64,000 nucleotides of DNA from an uncultured SAR86 cluster bacterium (GTDB lineage Bacteria > Pseudomonadota > Gammaproteobacteria > Magnimaribacterales > D2472): positions 442 to 64,441 of the forward strand of contig CACELG010000002.1 in the NCBI GenBank assembly GCA_902560315.1. Direction: 5' to 3'. Both the position numbers and the translations under genes were made by a program. How positions within the stretch are numbered: position 1 is the stretch's first letter; each line of letters starts with the position of its first letter. Below, in pieces: positions 1 to 10,658 of this stretch. Under the pieces are notes generated by a model, which saw nothing but the letters and a program-made list of their open reading frames with translations, had not been told where the DNA came from and made no database searches.

Positions 1-299
1 ATGAAGCTTTTATATCTGCTGAAAATGAAAAAGAGTTTGAAGATTTAAGATCGAAAATTAATATGAAATTATTTAATGGAATATATACAGGTTGGATATC
101 TATGGAAAATAATTTAGGCAATTTAAGATCCTCTCTTTTCGATATGGGATGTATCAAGGATGAAAAAACTGCTAATTGTGGAAAAATGTTTGCAAATATT
201 AGAATTGGAAATGATGAATTGGATCAATTTTTAACTATTAAAGGATTTGAACTTTGTCACGATGAAGATATACTTTTACAAACTCATAATGCTAAATAA
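1..299 (+). CDS. hypothetical protein, 3' part (ORF is open to the left window edge)
   Basis: Frame 3 has no stop codon from nt 3 up to the ATG at 63, so the ORF probably starts upstream of the window. I recognise no motif. Confidence 0.35.
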   Translation, partial: EAFISAENEKEFEDLRSKINMKLFNGIYTGWISMENNLGNLRSSLFDMGCIKDEKTANCGKMFANIRIGNDELDQFLTIKGFELCHDEDILLQTHNAK

Positions 300-307
300 A
301 AAATAAT

Positions 308-730
308 ATGAATGGATTACATAACTTATTAGAATCAATATCCAAACCATTAATGCCAATTGCGCCATGGCTGCTTAGACTTGGTTTAGGAGTTTCTTTT
401 ATTTTGCATGGAGTTGGTAAATTCCCATTGCCGCCTGAAAGAATGGTTACATGGTTTGAAAGCATGGGATATATGAATCCAGAATTTATAACAAGCTTAG
501 TTGCCCTTGGAGAAGTTGGTGCTGGGGCAGGCATAATATTTGGCGGTCTTTTTAGTGGAAAAGCAGGACATTTAATAACTAGACTTTCTGGTGGGGCAGT
601 TGTTGTAATTATGATAGGAGCAATCCTGATAGCTCATTCAGATTGGCTTGTAAATAAAAAATTATTCATGAGCGAACAAATATTTTTATTTCTTCTCGGC
701 GGTTATTTTGCCATTAAGGGCAACAACTAA
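308..730 (+). CDS. DoxX-family small membrane protein
   Basis: 140 aa with four hydrophobic segments. The N-terminal 'APWLLRLGLGVSFILHGVGKF' resembles the DoxX signature. Confidence 0.65.
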   Translation: MNGLHNLLESISKPLMPIAPWLLRLGLGVSFILHGVGKFPLPPERMVTWFESMGYMNPEFITSLVALGEVGAGAGIIFGGLFSGKAGHLITRLSGGAVVVIMIGAILIAHSDWLVNKKLFMSEQIFLFLLGGYFAIKGNN

Positions 731-805
731 CTCTAAATAATAAATACACAAAATTTAATTAGTCTAAAAAATAGAAATGTTTTTTATTTTTTTTTATTGA
801 ATTAG

Positions 806-834
806 TTGCAAATCTAAATGAGAATCATTATCAT
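806..834 (+). promoter_or_regulatory. putative sigma70 promoter of the TonB-dependent receptor gene (TTGCAA-17 bp-TATCAT)
   Basis: TTGCAA at 806-811 and TATCAT at 829-834, with a 17-bp spacer, about 130 nt upstream of the ATG at 964. AAGAGG Shine-Dalgarno at 952-957. Confidence 0.4.
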
Positions 835-840
835 TCTCAT
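814..840 (+). promoter_or_regulatory. Fur box (iron-responsive operator) overlapping the -10 region
   Basis: CTAAATGAGAATCATTATC (814-832) matches the consensus GATAATGATAATCATTATC at 16/19 positions. The GAGAATCATTATCATTCTC core is nearly dyad-symmetric. Confidence 0.6.
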
Positions 841-963
841 TCATGGAAGCTACTTTATTGGTCATTCCCCTAAAAGTGTGCAGTTTTTATGATTTTTTAA
901 TCAAAAAATCTTTAGGCGAAAAAAAGTAGCTTTCAGCTTAATTAAAATAATAAGAGGACTATT

Positions 964-3174
964 ATGAATAAAATATCAAACAAATTATTTGAAGATATAT
1001 CACCATTATTTTTTATTGGTGTTCTTTTGGTTTCATCGTTTTTTGTTAATGTAAATGCTGATGAAGAGATCACAGTAGAATCAGTAACAATCATTGGAAC
1101 AAAAGATGACCTTAAAGATTTAGCAGGGTCTGGAGCAGTTATATCCAATGAGGATCTTCAAAAAGCAATGGATACAGATATTCAAAAGATTCTTTCTGTT
1201 GTTCCAGGAGTCTACATGCGAACTGAGGAAGGCTATGGTTTAAGACCAAATATTTCTATTAGAGGAACAGCAATTGAAAGATCAGGAAAAATTACAATTA
1301 TGGAAGATGGTGTTTTGGTTGCACCAGCTCCATATACAGCTTCTTCAGCATATTATTTTCCAACGACAGCAAGGATTCATGCGGTTGAAGTTTTAAAAGG
1401 ACCTTCAGCGGTTCCACTTGGTCCTCAATCAATTGGCGGAGCAATAAACCTAATTAGCACACCGATACCAAATGTTAATTCGGGTAAATTCATTCAAGAA
1501 ATTGGTGAAAATAATATGGCAAGAACTCATGCATATTACGGAGTAAATCAAGGAAATTTTGGAGCTCTTGTAGAGATTCATGAACATTCAAGCGACGGCT
1601 TTGACTCTATTGCTAATGTAGGTGGTGATACAGGGTTTGATAAATCAGACCTAATGATAAAAGCAAGATATAGTTCAGGAAATCATTCTTTAACTTTTAA
1701 AAGAGTAGACATAGATGAAAATTCAGATCAATCATACGTAGGCCTTTCTCAAGCTAGTTTTGATGCAAATCCAAGAATGCGATATGGTGCTACAGCCTAT
1801 GACGAAATGATGAATGATGGCGAGCAAACATCTCTAACTTATACAGGTGATTTTGATAATTTCGATGTTGTATTTACTTCATGGCAGAACGATTATCATA
1901 GAGATTGGTTTAAAGTAAGTGATTTTAATAATAATAAAGATCATGGTGAAGACGATGATATTAATGAGCTAATTAGCAATGCAAACAATGGAAGTGCAAC
2001 TGCGCAAGCTATTTTAGATGGCGAATTGCCTGTTCAAATCGAATACAAACATAATAATAGATATTACTCTAACGAAGGCTATCAATTTACTGTTTCAACA
2101 GAGGTTGGTATTCACTCGATTAGAGTAGGTTATAGAGATATGGAAGATTCAGAGAGCAGAGTTCAGGCTCATGAATATGCCGATCAAGCCGCAGATGGTT
2201 CTTTATCTGCTTTATATGGTTATATAGGTTTAAATAATAGTAACAACAGATTGAGAGAATCAAGCGCAACTTCATATTTCATAGAAGATACAATGGATTT
2301 TGGCAAGCTTGCTCTAACAGTAGGATACAGATCAGAAGATTATGATCAACGTCATAGAAGATGGTCAGATCGTGCGGGACCAAATTTAACTGAAGTAAGA
2401 ACTGGTCCGGCAGATAATAGAGATACAATGGCCTACAATGATCATACTACATCAAGTATTGCTGCAACATATGATCTAAGTGATACCACAACTTTAGTAG
2501 CTGGATTTCATGAAGGAATGACACCAATGTTTGGAGCTGATCCTGAGGAAGCAGACAATATGGAACTTGGGGTTAGATACTCAGAAGGAACTACAAATAT
2601 TGAAGCGTTCTATTTTGCGAGTGACTATTCTAGACTAGCTGCTGAATGTACATTAGTTAGTGGAGCATCATGTGATGCCGATGAATCAGCTATCTTTAGT
2701 GGAGGCGAAGCTGAAGTTACTGGTCTTGAATTAAATGGTTCTATAATACTTCAAGGAGATGGAGTTAGTTATCCGATATCAATCAGTTGGACTAACACAG
2801 ATGCAACATTCAAAAATAGTTCAGATAGTGACTATTTTGGAACTGTCGCAGCTGGAGATGATCTTCCATATATACCCAACAAACAAAGTTCAGTCGTTGC
2901 TGGTTTTATTACTGACAATGGATTAAGCGGAAGTGCAAGATGGGTAAATGTAGGAAGTTCATGCTCGCTTGCAGCTTGCGGAACTTATAATAAAATTGAA
3001 TCGCATAGTTACCTAGACTTAAGTTTAAGAAAAGCTATTAATGATTCCATGGATGTTTATGTAATTCTTGAGAATACATCAGATCGTACAGATTTAATAT
3101 CAAGAGCACCTTCAGAAGGAGCTAGGTCTCAAAAACCTAGAACTATGAAATTAGGATTTACATATAATTTCTAA
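964..3174 (+). CDS. TonB-dependent outer-membrane receptor (probably iron/siderophore type)
   Basis: Signal peptide. Plug-domain motifs 'RPNISIRGT', 'ITIMEDGVLVAPAPY' and 'VEVLKGPSAV..GPQSIGGAINLIS'. Long beta-barrel ending in the terminal aromatic '..GFTYNF'. Fur box upstream. Confidence 0.9.
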   Translation: MNKISNKLFEDISPLFFIGVLLVSSFFVNVNADEEITVESVTIIGTKDDLKDLAGSGAVISNEDLQKAMDTDIQKILSVVPGVYMRTEEGYGLRPNISIRGTAIERSGKITIMEDGVLVAPAPYTASSAYYFPTTARIHAVEVLKGPSAVPLGPQSIGGAINLISTPIPNVNSGKFIQEIGENNMARTHAYYGVNQGNFGALVEIHEHSSDGFDSIANVGGDTGFDKSDLMIKARYSSGNHSLTFKRVDIDENSDQSYVGLSQASFDANPRMRYGATAYDEMMNDGEQTSLTYTGDFDNFDVVFTSWQNDYHRDWFKVSDFNNNKDHGEDDDINELISNANNGSATAQAILDGELPVQIEYKHNNRYYSNEGYQFTVSTEVGIHSIRVGYRDMEDSESRVQAHEYADQAADGSLSALYGYIGLNNSNNRLRESSATSYFIEDTMDFGKLALTVGYRSEDYDQRHRRWSDRAGPNLTEVRTGPADNRDTMAYNDHTTSSIAATYDLSDTTTLVAGFHEGMTPMFGADPEEADNMELGVRYSEGTTNIEAFYFASDYSRLAAECTLVSGASCDADESAIFSGGEAEVTGLELNGSIILQGDGVSYPISISWTNTDATFKNSSDSDYFGTVAAGDDLPYIPNKQSSVVAGFITDNGLSGSARWVNVGSSCSLAACGTYNKIESHSYLDLSLRKAINDSMDVYVILENTSDRTDLISRAPSEGARSQKPRTMKLGFTYNF

Positions 3175-3221
3175 CATTTTTTTGGGAGAGGGGTGCCTGA
3201 TAAAGTACCCCTAAAATCTAA

Positions 3222-3248
3222 AAGGGCAATTTAATTGCCCTTTTTTTT
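3222..3248 (+). terminator. Rho-independent terminator after the receptor gene
   Basis: 9-bp stem AAGGGCAAT/ATTGCCCTT with a 3-nt loop, running into a T8 tract (3241-3248). A second hairpin AGGGGT..ACCCCT lies at 3189-3212. Confidence 0.75.
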
Positions 3249-3264
3249 AGAGTAGAATACTTAT

Positions 3265-3798
3265 ATGAAAAATTATCTAAAATATGACGATACTCAAGTC
3301 TTTAAATATGATAATTTAGTCTTAGCGGTAGTTTATACAATTGGTCATATTTTAATTGCAATGACCTGTAATAGAATAATTACTGGAGCATCATTCGATG
3401 TTGCTGCACTAGATGCTTTTATTGAACCAATAATTAATGGGTTTTGGTTTTATTTTCTTTTAGTGTTTTTAAAAGAAACAATCATTAAGAAGGTAAACTT
3501 TATAAGCAATAATAAAATAGGTATTTATCTAGCTTTTATATACACAATTGGCCATATCTTTATTGCGATGACATGCAACAGATTATTGACTGGTGCGCCT
3601 TTAAATCTTGCTGCGGCTGATGCTTTAATAGAACCAATAATTAATGGATTCTGGTTTTATTTATTATTTGAGGTTTTTAATATTTATAAAGTTAGAGTTC
3701 AATCAACTGCATCTGGAAGAAGCAGTAAAAATCCAAATCCATCAAACTTTAATTCAAAAAAACTTTCACCAGTTAATAACAAAAAGAATTTCGATTAA
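3265..3798 (+). CDS. membrane protein with two tandem DUF2061-like repeats
   Basis: Internal duplication: 'YTIGHILIAMTCNRIITGASFDVAALDAFIEPIINGFWFYFLL' versus 'YTIGHIFIAMTCNRLLTGAPLNLAAADALIEPIINGFWFYLLF'. Confidence 0.5.
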   Translation: MKNYLKYDDTQVFKYDNLVLAVVYTIGHILIAMTCNRIITGASFDVAALDAFIEPIINGFWFYFLLVFLKETIIKKVNFISNNKIGIYLAFIYTIGHIFIAMTCNRLLTGAPLNLAAADALIEPIINGFWFYLLFEVFNIYKVRVQSTASGRSSKNPNPSNFNSKKLSPVNNKKNFD

Positions 3799-3844
3799 AT
3801 ATACAAAAAATTATTCATTAAAGTACAATAACGCTTTCTAGTGT

Positions 3845-3920
3845 GGGGCTATAGCTCAGCTGGGAGAGCACCTGCTTTGCAAGCAGGGGGTCCGCGGTTC
3901 GATCCCGCGTAGCTCCACCA
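3845..3920 (+). tRNA. tRNA-Ala (anticodon UGC), 76 nt with encoded CCA
   Basis: GGGGCTA acceptor stem pairing with TAGCTCC, including the G3:U70 Ala identity pair. D-arm GCTC/GAGC. Anticodon loop CTTTGCAAG. T-arm CGCGG-TTCGATC-CCGCG. Terminal ACCA. Confidence 0.95.
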
Positions 3921-3986
3921 TTTTTAATATACTTTAGTACTTTTTTTTTATTTTTTTTAATAGTATATTTGTATAAATTATTTTAA

Positions 3987-6155
<2,169 letters not shown>

Positions 6156-6156
6156 A

Positions 6157-7407
6157 TTAAGTTTTTAAAGCTTTTGTATTTGTCAGTGACTGGAAGAAAA
6201 GTATTCCAGTTACTGTCAAAACATTACAACAAAGCTGAGCTAATAGTAACTTTGATGAAATAAGGCTCATATTTATAGGGTTATAGGTATATATCACAAG
6301 AATACCTATTAATGAAAAAAGTAAGATGAGTTGATAGGCGATTGTATTTCCATGCATCAAATATCCTGTAAGAGAAGCTAACGTAACTAGCGAAATTCCA
6401 AACAAACAAATCTCAAAATATGAAAGCATTGGAGCATTAATAAAAACTAGGTTAAACACTGTAGTTGTAAATAATATTTGGGTAACACTAAATATTTTTA
6501 TATCAGATCCAATAGAAGGATTAAATTTTTTATAAAAATCTTTTGGATTTTTTTCTTCTATACAATCATCAGGTCTCCAGTAAGTCTCAGCAAACCATAC
6601 TCTAATTTTATCTCTCCATAATTTAGTTTTAATTGAGTCCTTTAACATGATTGAATAAACTTGAAAATTTGCCCATAAAGGATTCCAACTATTTAATGGT
6701 GTTGCTGTCCCATAAACGGGTTTTAAATCTTCTCTTTGTGGGGTGTATGTCCCAAACATTCGGTCCCAGATGATAAATACACCACCATAATTTGCGTCAA
6801 TATATTCTTTATTTTTTGCATGATGTATTCGATGATTCATTGGCGTAATAAATATCTTTTCAAGAAAACCAAGGTGTCCAATGTGTTCTGTATGAACCCA
6901 GAATTGATAAACCAAATTTATACCTGCAACGGTAACAAATACTTCACCAGGGACTCCAATAAACATCATTGGGGTATAAAAAACCCATTTCCAAAGCCAG
7001 CCAGTGCTTGTTTGTCTTAATGCAGTTGCAAGATTGTAATCTTCTCCATGATGATGAACGCTATGAGTAGCCCATAAAATCTTTATTTCATGATGCATTC
7101 TATGCATCCAATAATATGATAAATCATATAAAAGGAAGGCTGCTATCCATGTAAAAGGATTCTTAACTGAAAGCAATCCCAAACTAAGATATTGGCTAAT
7201 ATATATAAATATTACACTTTGCACCCCAAAATTTAGCATCACAGGAAATCTACTAATCATTCCTAATGAAATACTCGTTAGAGTATCGTTTATACGATAA
7301 GTGTTTTTACCAATGAATAAACCATAGAAATATTCAATTGTTATTAGTACAAAAAAAGCAGGAACTGCTAATGTAATAATTATTGATTTATCTGTTAATA
7401 CTTCCAT
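6157..7407 (-). CDS. fatty acid hydroxylase / sterol desaturase-family membrane diiron enzyme with an extra C-terminal polytopic domain
   Basis: His boxes 'HRMHHE', 'HSVHHHGEDYN', 'HTEH' and 'HRIHHAKN'. About 120 further residues carry roughly 4 hydrophobic helices. Confidence 0.75.
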   Translation of the reverse strand: MEVLTDKSIIITLAVPAFFVLITIEYFYGLFIGKNTYRINDTLTSISLGMISRFPVMLNFGVQSVIFIYISQYLSLGLLSVKNPFTWIAAFLLYDLSYYWMHRMHHEIKILWATHSVHHHGEDYNLATALRQTSTGWLWKWVFYTPMMFIGVPGEVFVTVAGINLVYQFWVHTEHIGHLGFLEKIFITPMNHRIHHAKNKEYIDANYGGVFIIWDRMFGTYTPQREDLKPVYGTATPLNSWNPLWANFQVYSIMLKDSIKTKLWRDKIRVWFAETYWRPDDCIEEKNPKDFYKKFNPSIGSDIKIFSVTQILFTTTVFNLVFINAPMLSYFEICLFGISLVTLASLTGYLMHGNTIAYQLILLFSLIGILVIYTYNPINMSLISSKLLLAQLCCNVLTVTGILFFQSLTNTKALKT

Positions 7408-7428
7408 ATTGTTAGGATTATAAAAAAA

Positions 7429-8247
7429 TTAAGTAATTTTGTCTTTTAAATAGACTAATGCTCCGAGTACATTAGCATATTCTCTGTTATCTTCAAAGAT
7501 ACCAGTGATATTGGCTAGTTTTAATCTATCTTCAATGGCTGCTTTTATATTACTATTTAATGAAACTCGACCTAAGAAATAAACTTTGTTTTCACCACAT
7601 AACATAGCATTAAGATAAGCAACAGTTCCAATAACTTCGCCTATCATATTTGTTATTGAAGCTGCTACATCTTTAGAAGACAGGCTATCTAAATTTTTAG
7701 CTTTTGCAAAATTTGAAGCCGTAATTTCTGAGTTGAGAGAGCCTATTTCATTAGCAATATCTCCGATAAGATAATCTAACTCTTTTCTATTACCTGTAAT
7801 TGCCAATTCTTCAATATCTTCATTATTTGTATTGTTAATTAAATGTTTTGATAGGCCTTGAAGAGTGCCTCCACCTATAGATATTCCACCTAAGTAATTA
7901 AATTTTCCATCAGCATGATAAATACATGCTGTGCCTGTTCCTGCACTAATAGCAACAAATGGATTCTCGCCAGTCTTATATAAATCTTTTACTCCTTTTC
8001 CTATAGCGTCAACTTCATTAATTTTTGTTATTGGTATGCTCATATATTCATCGTCAAGATCATTTGATTTTCCACCAGTGACAGCAATATTTTTTATTTC
8101 GTTTAAATTAACTTCTATTGAGCTTAATATTTTTGAAATAAAATTTTCATCTATTTTTTCAGTAGGGAAGGTAAAGAACTGATTCTTAGATTTATTATTA
8201 ATTACTACGTCTGTATTAGTAATACCAAAATCAAAAGCCATGTTCAT
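7429..8247 (-). CDS. type II pantothenate kinase-like (Fumble/CoaW family, ASKHA fold)
   Basis: 'AFDFGITNTD', 'AVTGGKS', 'ISAGTGTAC', 'GGISIGGGTLQGL', 'IGEVIGTVAYL' and 'ANVLGALVYL' follow the order of staphylococcal CoaW motifs as I remember them. Confidence 0.6.
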   Translation of the reverse strand: MNMAFDFGITNTDVVINNKSKNQFFTFPTEKIDENFISKILSSIEVNLNEIKNIAVTGGKSNDLDDEYMSIPITKINEVDAIGKGVKDLYKTGENPFVAISAGTGTACIYHADGKFNYLGGISIGGGTLQGLSKHLINNTNNEDIEELAITGNRKELDYLIGDIANEIGSLNSEITASNFAKAKNLDSLSSKDVAASITNMIGEVIGTVAYLNAMLCGENKVYFLGRVSLNSNIKAAIEDRLKLANITGIFEDNREYANVLGALVYLKDKIT

Positions 8248-8257
8248 AATCTTAAAA

Positions 8258-10453
8258 TTATTCTAAATAAGTATCAGGCCATGCCATTGGAAATTGCTGT
8301 TGAGGATTAAAAACATTATCGCCAACTTCAGGAAATGCATTAGATGCAGCCTCTATTTCTTTTTTACTAATATATTCGCTTGGAATTAATCTAAAGACAT
8401 CTAAACCTCTTGTTATTTCAGTGCCGTAAATAAAGCCATCGTAGTAATAAGTCGACCAATAACCACCGGTTATTAATATATCTTCAAGAATTGGCCCTCT
8501 ATCAAAATAAGCTATCTCTTTAGGATTTGATGAGTCTGTAAAATCTAGAATAGATATTCCACCCTGATACCATGCTTGAACAAATATATCTCTATTAGGA
8601 ATAGGAATAATTGATCCATTATGAGCAACACAATTTTCAGTTTCTAACTGTGGAGCTGGCATTTTGTAGTGACTTTTGAAGACTAATTTTTTATCAACAA
8701 TATCATAGATAGCATCTGCTCCCCAGTCTAAGGGGTCCCATGCTCGACATCTTGCACGACCGCCACCACCCCATTCATCAGTAAAAATTACCTTTGTACC
8801 ATCATTATTAAATGTTGCTGAATGCCAATAGGCAAAACCAATATCTGTTACAACATCAAGTCTCTCAGGATTATAAGGATCGGTTATATCAAATAAGATT
8901 CCATTGCCTGAACATGCACCAGCAGCAATATTTGCAGATGGAAAAACTGTAATATCGTGGCATTGGTTAGTTGAGTTTGTATCTTGCGTATCATCACCAT
9001 GATCGCCACCTCTCCACAAACCTGCAACATTACCAGTTTCCATATCCATAAAGACTCTAGGACTTTTAACAATCTTTGATTTTGAAGGATTTTTAATTGG
9101 TATTTCAATTATATCAATTGAAAAATACGAGGAACCTCCTCCATCCCATCCAAAACATTCTTCTTTTTCTTCAGTATCTCTTACTCTTCCAGTACCAGAG
9201 TTATAAACTATAATTTTATTTCTATCACTAGAAACCACAGAATGAGTATGAGAGCCTCTGCATGTTTGCACAACTCCAACTTGTATAGGCTTATATAAAT
9301 TAGAAATATCGAAGATTCTTATGCCTCTAAACCTTTCAGGACTTGAATCACTATTTACACCCTCAAGTCCACAATCTATTCTGCTTCTATTTTCTTCTAC
9401 AGACATAATCAAAAGATTTCCAACAATTGAAACATCTCCTTGACCGCCTGGACACACAACTGATGAGACTAGATTAGGAATTCCACCAGCTCCTAGTTTA
9501 TAAATATTAAATCCATGATAACTTCCAGCAACAAGAATATTATCTTTAAAAGCCATATCAGTATTTGCAAAAGACAACATTGGTGATCTTAAAGATCTAG
9601 AAATTTCTGCAGTAGTTTTATCTTCATTATCTTCAGTTAAATCTTCCGATCCCTTTTCAGCTGGATTTTCAGGATCAAAAAAACCAGTTGGTTTTTTTAA
9701 AGATGCTATTAGCTCCATGTTCAAAATAGCTTCTTCGGCGATGAATAATCCTCCAGCCAAACCAGCTCTTGGATCATTAGATAAACCAGTCAGCAGGGTA
9801 TTCATCCTCTCTATTTCAACACCCTGATCATTAATTAAATCTGAAACAAATTCATTTAATATTGGATCATAGGTATTTCCAGGATATTTTTTTAACTCAT
9901 CAACCATTTCTAATGCACCATCGTGATGATTTATCATTAATTTGAGAAATAACCTATCAAAATTAGTACTATCGGAATTGCTCAATTCATTAAGTTGTTT
10001 AGGAGTAGCCATCCCCACCATATCAATATGGTTATGCATGTTGTGATCATGGTGACTATGATGATGTTCATTTCCTGCTTTTTTAAATTCATCTCTATCT
10101 TTTAACCAAGATTCCATAAAGTTAATCTCATCTTTTTGAGATGCATCGATTCTTTTTGCAAGATCTAAAATTGTCTTATTATTTGTTCTTTCATCTGCCA
10201 TTTCGGACATCACAATAGCTTGTTCGTGATGAACAATCATTCCTTGAAGAAAATCAACATCTGCTTTTATATATGAAGTATTAGCAATATCTGTTGCTTC
10301 ATTTGCATCAATTATTTTTGAGGGATTTCCTGGTGCGCCAGGTTGAATTATTTGAGGATCTTGATTCAATTCAGAACCCAAAATTTGAAGTGTTAATGCA
10401 GTAAAAAATATTAATTTAAGATTTTTTATAAACGTATTACTTCTCTTCTTCAT
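8258..10453 (-). CDS. secreted DUF305 (two HH motifs) - His-rich linker - LVIVD-repeat beta-propeller fusion protein
   Basis: Signal peptide. 'DVDFLQGMIVHHEQAIVMSEM' and 'DRLFLKLMINHHDGALEMVDEL' are DUF305 motifs. 'GNEHHHSHHDHNMHNHIDM' is His-rich. The C-terminal ~450 aa carry repeated 'G..V.V.GN.L.' beta-propeller-like blades (LVIVD-type). Confidence 0.65.
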   Translation of the reverse strand: MKKRSNTFIKNLKLIFFTALTLQILGSELNQDPQIIQPGAPGNPSKIIDANEATDIANTSYIKADVDFLQGMIVHHEQAIVMSEMADERTNNKTILDLAKRIDASQKDEINFMESWLKDRDEFKKAGNEHHHSHHDHNMHNHIDMVGMATPKQLNELSNSDSTNFDRLFLKLMINHHDGALEMVDELKKYPGNTYDPILNEFVSDLINDQGVEIERMNTLLTGLSNDPRAGLAGGLFIAEEAILNMELIASLKKPTGFFDPENPAEKGSEDLTEDNEDKTTAEISRSLRSPMLSFANTDMAFKDNILVAGSYHGFNIYKLGAGGIPNLVSSVVCPGGQGDVSIVGNLLIMSVEENRSRIDCGLEGVNSDSSPERFRGIRIFDISNLYKPIQVGVVQTCRGSHTHSVVSSDRNKIIVYNSGTGRVRDTEEKEECFGWDGGGSSYFSIDIIEIPIKNPSKSKIVKSPRVFMDMETGNVAGLWRGGDHGDDTQDTNSTNQCHDITVFPSANIAAGACSGNGILFDITDPYNPERLDVVTDIGFAYWHSATFNNDGTKVIFTDEWGGGGRARCRAWDPLDWGADAIYDIVDKKLVFKSHYKMPAPQLETENCVAHNGSIIPIPNRDIFVQAWYQGGISILDFTDSSNPKEIAYFDRGPILEDILITGGYWSTYYYDGFIYGTEITRGLDVFRLIPSEYISKKEIEAASNAFPEVGDNVFNPQQQFPMAWPDTYLE

Positions 10454-10658
10454 GATTTACCTCTTTCGCTTCACCTTCAATAACATTTGATTTTGATTTA
10501 TCTTTTCCATATCTTAACCATAACCAAGACCAATTCATTCTTTTTTTGTTTTCAAAAGACTCTATTTGATTTTTAGATGCTCGTATTCTTAATAAATAGA
10601 AAAATATTCCAAAGGAAACTAATCCAAGAAATAGAATCAAAGGATTTGAAGAAAACAC
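10437..10658 (-). CDS. small single-pass membrane protein (hypothetical)
   Basis: 73 aa with one TM helix 'PLILFLGLVSFGIFFYLL' and a charged tail. The start overlaps the upstream stop by 1 nt, and the stop overlaps the downstream start by 17 nt. No homology recognised. Confidence 0.4.
   Translation of the reverse strand: MFSSNPLILFLGLVSFGIFFYLLRIRASKNQIESFENKKRMNWSWLWLRYGKDKSKSNVIEGEAKEVNHEEEK

Noticed and set aside
3644-3841. 65-aa ORF overlapping the 3' end of the DUF2061-like gene in another frame and running up to the tRNA.
   Set aside because: It is an out-of-frame overlap with a gene whose internal repeat structure supports the annotated frame. No motif or plausible start context was found.
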